Source of the DNA: Fistulifera solaris
Taxonomy: Eukaryota
Assembly (NCBI GenBank): GCA_030295235.1
Contig: AP026150.1
Location: 372,001 to 436,000, forward strand
DNA: 64,000 bases
Direction of reading: 5' to 3'
Shown one piece after another: positions 11,768 to 23,061 of this stretch (the first letter of the stretch is position 1; each line of letters begins with the position of its first letter). The notes under the pieces are model-generated. The model worked only from the letters and a program-made list of their open reading frames with translations, was not told where the DNA came from and made no database searches. The position numbers were made by a program, and so were the translations under genes.

Positions 11768-14582
11768 TCAATACAAATCGATACGGCTAGCGGAAAAGTA
11801 GCATTGGTGGTTATGTTCGTCCCTCTTTTTGTGACCCAAGCTTTCTAGGGGATCCTCGTATTCAAACAGCATATCATCCTTTTCCAATTGTCGAACTTTA
11901 TCGGCATCTTGTCTTAAGATAGCATCATCGCGATGCATTAAAATGACACTGCCAATACTGGTGACCAGATCGACCGTGTAATCCACCTTGGTGCCCGGCT
12001 TGACACCTGTTTCCAGATACACGAACGATGGTAGCTTACGAATGATATCAAATCCGGGTGTCGACTTGACCACGCCACGCGTGTATGAAACCAGAATAAC
12101 TTCTTCGCCCGAAGCTTTGAACGGACTGGGAGGAATATCCCGTAACGCAGAGAATGCGGCTCCGTCCAGATACGAATCCACGGCCACTTCCACTTGCGAG
12201 TATCCGCCCGTGAGCGCCCGTGCGAGAGGACGCCAGTTGCCGTCGCCCCCGCGAGCCCGGCAATTCATTTCAACCAAGCATGGGCCATCCGGCGTCATCA
12301 TTACCTCACCATGAGAGGGACCATTCTTCAGACCCAGTGCATCCAGAACTTTGCGAACATATGGGATCAATATCTTTGCTTCGGGAGATTCTGAGTCCAC
12401 AGCATAGCAGCCATAATAGACAAAGGCAGCACCATTCGCTGGTCGCTTGTCATAGACCCACACCATGGTTGTCTTGTGGACGCCATTACGCGAAACGTGG
12501 TCAATGACATACTCCTTTCCACGCAGAAACTCTTGGCACAAGACTGCTGGGCACTGACCACCGTTCACCATCTGTGAGCGCATCAATAAATCAAAATGAT
12601 CCTTGGCCTCGTTAAAATTGTGACAAAGTTTTACACCGTCCGACCCGGCACTTTCCGTAGGTTTCAAAACGACAGGATAGCTCTCGGTGCGCAAAAAGTG
12701 CTCCACTTCGGCGAATGTTGTACCCGCTGCTTGACGAACTGATCGTAAACCACTGGATGCAATCAATTCTTGCTGGATCTTCTTGTCTCGTCGGTTGGGA
12801 ATTTCGGTTCCGTTGGTTCGCAACTGCAAACGTTCAGAAAGTTTATCAGCGAGATCCACACCCGCCTCACCTCCAGCAAGACAGGCAACTACGCGAAGAG
12901 CTCCCGCTGCCATCAATACAAGTTTCTGTGTGTCTCCCAGTCCTGTTGTCGGCTCCGTTACCTCGGCATGATACACAAGAGACGTACAGCTCAAAGGAAT
13001 ATGTTTCTTCATCTCTTCAGAAAACCCATCGGTCCACAGTGCGATTACCTTGTATCCGCGTTTGTAGATTTCTTCCGCAATCAAGCACCCCGTGGAATAG
13101 GGGTCCACGACTATAACTGCTTCTCGAGAGGCGTCGATCGTAGTCATCCGACGAATCATGGAACCCATGAGTTCCGGGCGATCATTGGACATGAGACGAA
13201 CCAGATTAGGACCTGATGATGAGAACGGGTACTGCGCAACGCCGGACTCGGACAGAGTTGGTAGCGCGACTGACTCTGTCCGTGGGTGGCTGAGCTGTAC
13301 TGCCACCGACTCGAAAACGAAGATTCCTTTGATTTCTTCCATGTAACGAATAAAGTTGACATCTTTCTCTAAGACAGCTGGGTCTTCATGCATGAGAATA
13401 ACACTGCCGATCCCAGTGACTAAGTCAACCGTGTAATCCACTTCGGATCCAATTTTAATACCTGTCTCGAGATAGACAAATGAAGGCAAACAACGAATCA
13501 TGTCATATCCTGGTGTTGCTTTGACCTTTCCTTTTGCGTAGGAGACCAGGATCACTTCTTGACCGGCTGCTTTGAACGGACTCGGAGGCCGTTCCGGATA
13601 TCGATGAAAGGCTTCTTCATCCAACAATGCATCTGCTGCTCCTTCCACTTGGGAGAAGCCTCCTGTTAAAGCACGACACAGAGGACGCCAATTACCGTCT
13701 CCGCCCCGAGCACGACAATTCATTTCCACCAAACAAGGACCATCGCTAGTAATGATGACTTCACCATGAGATGCACCATTCTTGAGACCCAAAGCATCCA
13801 GCACTTTGCGCACATAAGGGATGAGAATCTTGGCCTCTTCTGACTCACTATCGACCGCATCACAGCCAAAGTAGACAAAGGCAGCCCCATTGGCGGGTCG
13901 TTTGTCGTACACCCACACCATGGTCGTCTTGTGCACACCTTCGCGTGATACATGATCTACCACATACTCGTTGCCTCGTAAGAATTCTTGACACAATACT
14001 GCTGGACATTCTCCACCATTAACCATTTGCGATCGCATCAACGTATGAAAGTGATCCACCGCTTCCTCGTACGTATGACACAATTTTACACCATCCGATC
14101 CGGCCGACTCGGTCGGTTTCACGACGATCGGATAAGGTTCTGTTTTCAAAAAATCATCGACTTCCGCTAGCGTCGTTCCACCCGCTTGACGAACCGATCG
14201 CAAACCGGCTGCCGCAATTAACTCTTGCTGCACTTTCTTGTCGCGTCGATTGGGAATAGCGGTACCATTCGTACGAAGACCGAGTGCTTCCGACAGCGCA
14301 TCCGCCAGGTCGACTCCGGCTTCGCCTCCGGCAATACAGCCAATAATGTTCATACTCGTGTCTAAAACGGCTTGCTTGGTTTTTTCCAAAAGTCTCTTGT
14401 TCGTCAAGGGTATAAGCATAAGTCATGTTCTCACACGACATGGGGACATGTTGTTTCATTTCTTCCGAAAAACCCTTCGTCCAGAGACAAATGATCTCGT
14501 TGCCTCGGCGACTGATTTCTTGTGCGATCAGACATCCTGTCGAGTACGGATCAACAATAATGACAGTCGTTGTACTGTTCAT
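11768..14582 (-). CDS. Double ATP-grasp domain protein, copy B (tandem paralog; apparent frameshift near 14390)
   Basis: ORF 14154..14582 supplies the N-terminus (VIIVDPYSTG) and ORF 11768..14419 the rest; collinear with copy A; break lies in a homopolymer. Confidence 0.87.
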
Positions 14583-15115
14583 TCCTAATTTATTAGACGA
14601 GAAAGAAGGAACGGATTTGAAGCTAGGATTAGATGATGCCCTATAGCTGTGAGATTTTGCAGAATAGCGTTAGGAACGCAATGCGTAATAAAACATCGGC
14701 ACATCATTCGAACTCGAACTTCCGAAAAGCGAAGAAAACGAAAACTCCTCCGTTGGTCTTTTTCAAGATTCGTACCACGTAGTACCCGAATCATCATAGT
14801 GAATGTAGTCGTAGCGGTTCCGGAATACAGCTAGTAGTAGTATAGCATAAGAAGTAGTCTGGAGCAGAAAGCAAAACAAAAAATCGTATCGGTATCCAAC
14901 GCTACTTCCCTTTTAAGTCCAAACCGTCGAAGCTGATTGGCTGAAGGGAGCATATCCAAGGGCGCCCAAAAAAGAAAAAATGAAACGGGAAACGAAGCAT
15001 GCGTGTGCTACCATCGCATTATTATCGTTGTCATTGATGATTATCATCATTTTCGGCTGAAAATAGTCCCCGCAAACTTCTCTTTTTTGTATCCTTTATC
15101 ATAGTAACGCATAAC

Positions 15116-15972
15116 ATGAGCCGTCGACAAGAAAAGGGCCCTCTTTTGAAGCCCATTCCCCAGAAACGCCTCTCCGCAGCTCAAAAGGCATTTCGGCCCA
15201 CGAAAGACGAAGAACCGTTTCCCGTTTACCAATTGTTGCGAGAGCCGTGTGACTTCGACGAGCTAAACTTGCAAGAAGATATCAAGCTTACTATCTGGCG
15301 GGAAAACGGCACAATGATTTGTATTGGTCGTTTTTCTTTTCGGAAATACAAGGAACGAAAACTGGAATTTTGGATCAACGGTATCCGCCGTGCGATTTAC
15401 GGCAAAAAGAATGCTTCCATTACGGAAACGGCAATTTTCTTCTAGTCGCTCAAGCGTCGAGGAGGAGGATTAGGGATCACAAAAACTAAAAAATTCAACA
15501 TCTCAGCAATCTCAGCCAAGCAACTCGCTCAAGCCTTGGATGCAAATCCCGAGCGGAGGAGCACAAAGCCTTAAAGACCTTTATCGTCGAATACCTGTAC
15601 CCAGATGACCCAACATATGAAGCGCTGGAGCGGCTGCTTTCACGCAATCGCAACATCATTGTCTACAACGAAAACCATAAGCGATGCTCGAATGGATCCA
15701 AAATGGACCAACTGTATGCGCTAAACGCCTTCTATAGCGGTTCAGCAGCACTGGTCAAGGAATCGATGGAAAATCGACCGCCGCTGGTGACTACGGCTTT
15801 GTTGGAAAGTGCTGCGGAGAACTTTCAGTACACAGCACTCTTGTTGTCGAACCATACCGACGTGCTCTGCGAGTTTGTGAGTGTTATCGATTTAAATTAC
15901 GTTGTCGCGTTGAAACGTTTAATGGAGCAGCCCCCACATGCTGCCAAGAAAGCCCTACGCACGGAAATGTGA
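15116..15972 (+). CDS. Fragmented hypothetical protein or pseudogene
   Basis: Same-strand ORFs 15116..15445 and 15703..15972 with coding-like but interrupted sequence between them. Confidence 0.35.
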
Positions 15973-16330
15973 TTCTTTTCGTACCGATAGCTTATATATT
16001 TTACTGAGTTTGCACAATATAATTTCATTGATACGACGAGTTGTCAAGCGTACGCTATCTATAATTTTCGGTACCATCTAAAATGACTAGTCAGGATTCA
16101 TCTATAAAAGATTTAGTTCCGATGTACTTGAACGCGTTTTTTTGGGGTGAAGCTTCGTCTTGTTCGAGCAATCCTAGCCTAGGTACCGTTACGATAACGA
16201 AGCTGCACCCCCGCTTATTATACGTTTGACAGAATCTTCGCATTTACAAAAGGATCGCTTGAGCATTATATAAAAGGGTATTGTCATTCATTATACGCAA
16301 GAAAGAAGCTACAACTAGTTATTGCATAAC

Positions 16331-17679
16331 ATGACAGGCGGCGGCGACTCGACGGCGCACAAATCGTGCAGTCTCACGGAAACCATTATCTTTTGCTGGC
16401 GATTGTCTCCGGAACGGCGTGCTCGATTTGCAGCAAAACGATGATGGAACAACACGCCATCGGCATCGATGGAGATTACGAAAAATTTGAAAAACCTTTA
16501 TTTCAGACATTGGGAATGTTCATTGGGATGATTGCGGGTTTGTTTATGCACGCGATTGTCATGTATTGGAAGATTCCGTTTCCGGGGTATGTCTTTCCGT
16601 CCAGCGCATCGCCGAATGGTGGTGCGGTTCCGACCGAGAAGGATCGTCTTTTGAAGCAGTTGCCGACTCTGGAGCAGCCTGAGACACAGGCGGTACCCGT
16701 CTGGATGTATTTCTTTCTCATCATTCCGGCCATCTTCGATTTAGGGGCCACGGCACTCTGTATGATGGGATTGCGATACTTGGATGTGAGCATCTATCAA
16801 ATGCTGCGCGGTAGTGGCATTATTTTTGTCGCACTCATGAAGCAGCATGTTTTGAAGGACCGACTGTACAATTTTCAATGGCTCGGTGTCTTTTGGAATG
16901 TCGTCAGTGTGCTGTTGGTGGGAGGAACGGCTTTGTTGAATTCTGCGGACGAATCAACATCCAATGTGGACCCCGGCAAAGCCATGCTGGGCCTGGGACT
17001 GGTACTCACGGGAGCATTCGTGCAAGCACTGCAATTTGTGTTTGAAGAAAAGGTAATGACGATGGATGTTCCTTCGCCTCCGTTATTGCTGATCGGAATG
17101 GAAGGTTTGTGGGGGACCCTTCTGTCGTTGTTCGTACTCTACCCGGTTGCCTACTACTTGCCGGGAGATGACCATGGCTCGTACGAAAACCCGTTCAATA
17201 CATGGTACATGCTGGTCAACTCGACAGACCTTCAGATCTGGTTCTTTGTTTACTTCTTCGCCATTTTTGGTTATAATCTCTTTGCTGTCCTAGTCACGTT
17301 CTTGCTCAACAGCGTGTGGCATGCCATTCTGGACAACTTTCGTCCCATTACAGTTTGGGGTACCGATATGTTTATCTTTTATTTCATTTCGGCTCAGTTT
17401 GGAGAGACCTGGACCCCGTATAGTTGGATTCAGTTGGTGGGGATGGCGGTCCTTTTGTACGGAACGGCGATTTACAACGCTCCCAATTCAGGGAGCTTGC
17501 GTTTGGAAGGCGGACCCGAGGGTTGTTGCCTCAATTTTCGTGACGAATACGAAGACATTGAACGGCGATTGGAAGACGAGCGGTTGCATGCCGAATGGCT
17601 CAATCGCAAAATGTCGTTTGCGGAGACACGTCTTACCGGATCGTTCGCTGGAGAGTGGTTGGGGAGCACGCGCTTATAA
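16331..17679 (+). CDS. SLC35F/drug-metabolite (EamA-like) transporter
   Basis: About 10 hydrophobic segments; FEKPLFQTLGMF, SIYQMLRG, QFVFEEK and GMEGLWG motifs; ATG at 16331 joins the ORF if one T is restored near 16392. Confidence 0.85.
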
Positions 17680-17983
17680 AAAAGAGGGCGGCTTTCTTGA
17701 AATCTTCTTACAAAAGGCTAAGTTAAGGTTACTTAGATGATGCTATTGCATGGCATTTACGGTTTGCGCGTCAATTCTACAGATTACTTCACAACGAAGC
17801 TATGACCTGAGCATTCAGGGCTTCGTTCGAAAATCTTACCATCGGACGCATTTGCCGATTATCGCTTGGACATTCGTCGTTTCAAAATGATAATGATAGG
17901 CTTAGACGGGCTTTTAGTGGATGTCTCTTTAGTCCACCGTATCAAATCAGACAAAGTAGCACCGCAATAAATTACAAAGGATA

Positions 17984-19151
17984 TCATGTTGCGTCCAAGA
18001 GCACCTTTTGAGCAACTTGTCTTCCAGACAAAATGGCACCATGCACAGACGCAAAGTGCGGTTCGTTTAAGTAAGCACCAGCGAAGTATATCTTGTCATC
18101 GACCGGCTGTAAGATCGTTCCCTGGTGAAATGGCGGAGTATAACCTGCTTCCCACGACTCTTCAATGAACGGTTCCTTTGACCAGTTTTGTACGCGGTGT
18201 TGAATATAATGCTCGCTGGCCTTCCCACGAAAAATGGTGTCGAGCTCATTCATGTGAAACTCAAACAACTCCTCGTCACTCAACTTGATCAGATCACTCG
18301 TTTCTGCGCCCCCAGCTGACAGCATAGTCAGAACGTTCCTTCCAGTTGGCTTTTCGAAAACACCGTCGAAATAGATTCGATAGGAATCAAGGATGGTATA
18401 GTCTTTGTAAAATTGCTCGTCGAATTCAAACCATATTTTGAAACCTTCGTACGGTACCACCTTGTCTATTTCTGTCGTTTTCGCAGTAGGAAGATCCGGC
18501 ACATATTCAATTCTTCCATTTTTTAACATGGTCGGGGGGAACGGCAAGTATTACTTTGTCTGCCTCCAAGGTATCTCCGGCAGCGGTTGTAACTTGTATC
18601 TTAGCGCCCGTGTAATCAATAGTTGTCACAGGTGTATTCAACTGCACACGGTCCTGAACATACGTATGCATATAGTCATTAAGGTAGGATTTCCATGTTG
18701 TGCTTTTGAATTTCCACTCTCGATAGAAAAGCCAGCGTAGCGGCAAAGGCACTTTGACGCGATCACCAAGAACCTGGCGGTATCTTTCGGGTCGATAAAC
18801 GATGGTTTCCTCGGTTACAGTATCATTAAACAATATCATATCTTGCAATATACGCGGGTGCGTATGAATCCACTCGGCCCCTAAATCAAGCGGTATATCG
18901 ATGAAATCATCCATTTCCTGGACTCGTCCACCAATCTCCTCCTTGGCCTCGAGAATTTGATAGTTGCGGAAGCCAAAATATTCCAGTGTGTAGGCAGCCG
19001 AGATTCCCGCTGGTCCTGCACCTATAATGATAATGCTGCCCTCGTAGTCTGTCGAGTCGAGCTCCAAAGGTGGAACCTCACTATATCGGCCATTTTTCCA
19101 GATGAACGCGTCGAAAGTGCACCACAGCACAAGAAGAAAAGGTAAGTACAT
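17984..19151 (-). CDS. Flavin-containing amine oxidase with signal peptide (apparent frameshift near 18540)
   Basis: IIIIGAGPAGISAA FAD motif, EA...IGGR, DLGAEWIH and C-terminal IYFAG...VHGAILSG; start MYLPFLL at 19151. Confidence 0.85.
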
Positions 19152-19761
19152 CAAACAGATGGGTGGCTTACTTAAATCAAGCGATGTCAAATGGATTACT
19201 CCCCAGTATTTTGTATCGTTTTTGTTTAAATCATGACGTTGCCGATCGGCTTGTCGGCATGAGAGTTGCGCTTGTGTTAGCATTGTTCGTTTACGGTCTT
19301 GTGGAAAGTTGGCGGTTGGCGCGCACTTCCTCAATGTCCCTTTTCGTGGTTTTTGAATTTTAAAAATAAGTACGGAGTACTGCGCAAATAGGGCCCGATC
19401 AGCAATGACCTGGTGAGCTTTATTCTCTATAGTAAATCGTCCATTGACAGATTTGCTTTGTCCATTCTGCACATAATTTCTCATTGTCTTTTTTTATGAC
19501 TTTTAGGATTTAAGGATAAAGACACTCCGAACTCCGAAGTATTTTTTTTCTTGTTTTCGTCGGAGAAAACATTCGGCGTCTCGACTGCAATGCATCACAT
19601 TGCAACACTTCTCTTCGAGCGACTTTCAACATTGCACATGCACAGCATTGCACGATAGGTAGGAAAACAAAGCAACGTATCCCCTATAACCGACTCAGAA
19701 CGAAGACGAAATCGGTTGAACTTTCTATTAAAGTTCGCACGAAAACGAAACAGAAGAGCCC

Positions 19762-20913
19762 ATGATATCCATACTCGTCCTTGCTCTCTTTCTCCAAACA
19801 TCCGATGCCCTCTTCTGGAGGCATGGCCGATAAAGTGAAGTTCCTCCGCTAAAGCTGAGTTCCACGGATTACACCGGAAAGATCATCATAATTGATGCAG
19901 GGCCGGCGGGGATCTCGGCTGCCTACACTCTTGAGTATCTGGGCTTTCAGAATTACCAGATACTCGAGGCAAATGCGAAAATCGGCGGACGAGTTCAGGA
20001 GATGGATGATTTTATAGACTTGCCTCTCAATGCAGGGGCCGAATGGATACACACACTCTCGAATCCTACAAGATATGATACTATTCGATGATGTCGTTAC
20101 CGATGAAACCATCGTCTATCGACCGAAACAATATCGCTGGGCTGTCTTTCGTGATCGCATCAAAGTTCCCTTACTTTTCCGTCAATTCTTCTATCGAGAA
20201 TGGAAGTTCAAGCGCACCACCCGGAAATCCTATCTCAATGATTACCTGTATTCGTTATGTCCAAGATCGATCGTGTGCAGGTTGGAGCACCTGTACAAAC
20301 AATTGACTATGCTGGCGCTAAAATCCAAATCACCACCACCAATGGGGATATATTCAAAGCGGACAAAGTGATCGTCGCCGTTCCTCCCACGATGTTACAA
20401 AATGGAGAACATTGATTTCATGCCGGGTCTTCCTAGCTCAAAAGCGGCAGAGATCAACAAAGTTGAGATGTCCGAAGGATTCAAGATCTGGTTTGAGTTC
20501 GACGACCGGTTTTACCAAGATTACACCATCATCAATTCATACCGAATCTACTTTGATAGTGTTCTGGGCAAGCCAACGCAGAGAAATTTATTGACGCTGC
20601 TGTCGGCCGGTGAAGAAGTTACTGGTGATCTGGTCAAGCTCAGCGACGAAAGCTTGTTTGAGTTTCACATGAAAGAGCTCGAGGCCACTACGTACAGCAT
20701 CGAATCCAGAACTGGTCGCAGGAACCATACATCAAGGAAACATGGGAGGTGGGTTACAATTCGCGCTTCGACAAGGGAAGGATATTACAGCCAATTGACG
20801 AAAAGATCTACTTTTGTGGGGGTTACTTAAGTGGTGACCATTATGCTACCGTGCATGGTGCCATTCTATCTGGGAGAGAAGTTGCACAGAAGGCCCTCAA
20901 AGTTGCTGCATAA
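19762..20913 (+). pseudogene. Inverted, decayed copy of the amine oxidase
   Basis: Collinear with 17984..19151, but has an in-frame TAA near 19830, GAG>DAG in the FAD motif, several frameshifts and a deletion near 20685. Confidence 0.8.
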
Positions 20914-21247
20914 CTTCTTGGGGTGTTTCATATCCCTCGCATAATCTTATCATAAACTATAGATGATTCAGATTGTTAGACCTATCAATTTTAAATTTTC
21001 TCGGTTGATAATATTGTTTAGGTAATTGACAGCTAGGCATGGCTTTAGTTTTAAAAAAATAGTGATGACGCCTTTGCACTTTATTCCCAATCTTCCTGAA
21101 GCGAATCACGACTTGTGAAGAACTCGCGTCCATTAATTTAGCTCACTAGGCAGAAACTGAAGTAAACCACGTTGTAGCAGTAAAGTTGTTCTTTCCTCTT
21201 TAAAGTTTGCTCAGCGAACTGGCGATTGCAGACTTGATCAGAGACGC

Positions 21248-22393
21248 TCATTGTGTTGATGGCACTGCATCCGATGCAGAAGTCGGCGTTTGTGTTGCGA
21301 TGCGCTGCAAAAATTGCAACAACAGCGGATGCACCAATTCTGGTGCTTCATCGTGAGGACAATGTCCGACTCCGTCGAACCCTTCGACCCGCTCGACCGT
21401 CGGCATGCGAGACAGTGCCTCCACACGCGGACCCGGTGTCCACGGATCATCTTTGCCGTAACAGATCCACACGGGTTTTTGGACTTGCTGTAACTGCTGT
21501 TCGGGCAAGGGACCTGCTGAATATGATAACGTATCAAAGACGACCCGACTGGATCCTTCCGTCAACAGCGGATCCAGTAGAACTTGTACCAACGTATCAT
21601 CTACGGCCTCGGTCCGCGCATACGGCTCTTTCAATATTTGTTTGACGGTATCGGGTTTGGCCAAGGCATCAAAGACTGTTTTCCCATACTGTCGCAACAG
21701 CGACTGCACCGTCCGTAAGATGGGCATCACGACACCAGCCAATGGCACTTCCGCGGAATGCAACTCCCGAAAATTAGGACTGACCACAAAGGCCCCGTCA
21801 TACAGTTCTTCGTCGTCGTCGTCAATGAGACACTGCAATGTACTAATGGTCCCAATGGAGTTGCACACTAACGTCACTTTTTCCTTGGGTTGGATCACTT
21901 GCTTCGTAAAGTCAGTCAACAGATCACTCCACGTGAAAAAGTTGTAACAACTTGACACTGGATGACGCAAATCCACATTCGCGATGCGTGTTTCGCCCCT
22001 TGCGGTCCCCAATTCGACATTTTTTATGACAGACGGTGCATCTTTAAAGCGAGCATATTCTCCGCACAAATGGGGTGAATAAGACGGCGGTTTATCCGAA
22101 TATCCCGATCCCAACAAATCAACGGCATACGTGCGATAGCCGCGTTCTCCCAATTCCTTCAATGTTTTGCGCCAGTGATCGCTATTGACAAATAAACCGT
22201 GCACCAGTAGTACAGGTTTTCCTTCCGGTGGACCGGAAACTTGGTACCGTATCTTCGTTTCGGCTTTCCAATCATAAAATTGATTGAGAAGACCCGTGGC
22301 TGGACTGATTTTAGGGGGAGCGGAGAGTCCTTGACTCGTCCAAAGGGGAAAGACGAAAAGTAAAAACACACAAGTGATCCTTTTTATCATCAT
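21248..22393 (-). CDS. Alpha/beta hydrolase, pheophytinase-like family, N-terminal targeting peptide
   Basis: LLVHG, DLLGSGYS, NSIG nucleophile elbow, D.DPW and GHCPHDEAPE motifs. Confidence 0.85.
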   Translation of the reverse strand: MMIKRITCVFLLFVFPLWTSQGLSAPPKISPATGLLNQFYDWKAETKIRYQVSGPPEGKPVLLVHGLFVNSDHWRKTLKELGERGYRTYAVDLLGSGYSDKPPSYSPHLCGEYARFKDAPSVIKNVELGTARGETRIANVDLRHPVSSCYNFFTWSDLLTDFTKQVIQPKEKVTLVCNSIGTISTLQCLIDDDDEELYDGAFVVSPNFRELHSAEVPLAGVVMPILRTVQSLLRQYGKTVFDALAKPDTVKQILKEPYARTEAVDDTLVQVLLDPLLTEGSSRVVFDTLSYSAGPLPEQQLQQVQKPVWICYGKDDPWTPGPRVEALSRMPTVERVEGFDGVGHCPHDEAPELVHPLLLQFLQRIATQTPTSASDAVPSTQ

Positions 22394-22611
22394 TACGGCA
22401 ATCCTTGTTTCGTTTTTTCTTTCTCCTCGAAATTATTCTATGCGGAATGCTGTCTTGCTTCTACGTAGCTCTCGGTTGATCTTGTTCAATTTTGACAGGA
22501 TGCTCGACAAAAAATAATGACACTGTAATATTGGCAGAAATGCGTACAGTATGTTTTGCTGTATGCAGTCCCCCAATTATCTGGGCGGGTGGTGAACGGG
22601 TGTTTTAAAGT

Positions 22612-22953
22612 GTCCCCAAATCTGGAGTCTGGAGGTGTGGTGTTTTTACGTCTCCACAAAATCTGGAGGTGTGGTGTTTTCACATACCCAGAAAATCTGG
22701 CATTGTGGTAATTTCAAGTCTCCAGAAAATCTGGGGTGTTTGTTTTCACCTCTCCAGAAAATCTGGGAGTGTGGTATTTTGACGTGTCCAGAAAATCTAG
22801 GATTCTGTTGTTTCACGTATCCAGAAAATCTGGCATGGTGGTAATTTCACGTGTCCAGAAAAACTGGGAGACTGTTAATTTCACGTCTCCATAAATCTGG
22901 GCGTGTGCTGTTTTCACGTATTCAGAAAATGTGGGAGTGTGTTTGTTTTCACG
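22612..22953. repeat. Tandem array of ~33.5-bp units with core CCAGAAAATCTGG
   Basis: Cores at 22654, 22688, 22722, 22754, 22788, 22821, 22855, 22889 and 22922, plus a degenerate unit near 22614. Confidence 0.92.
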
Positions 22954-23061
22954 CAGCAATGAACGCGACAACGACACACCGCAAAAGGCACCATAAAAGG
23001 TCAACAAGGCATCGCTATTATTGACATTCTTTGTTCGTTTTAATGACAAAGCACAAAGAGA

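Noticed and set aside
8312..14582. Bacterial contamination, or mycosporine (MysC) / carbamoyl-phosphate synthase identity
   Set aside because: Embedded among eukaryotic genes with similar composition; no DDGS/O-methyltransferase neighbours; lacks CarB-specific motifs and MGS domain
22635..22844. ORF with SPENLG repeats
   Set aside because: By-product of the array; 32-34-bp units do not keep frame
22612..22953. CRISPR array
   Set aside because: Variable parts are only ~10 nt and resemble each other, repeats are degenerate, no cas genes, eukaryotic context
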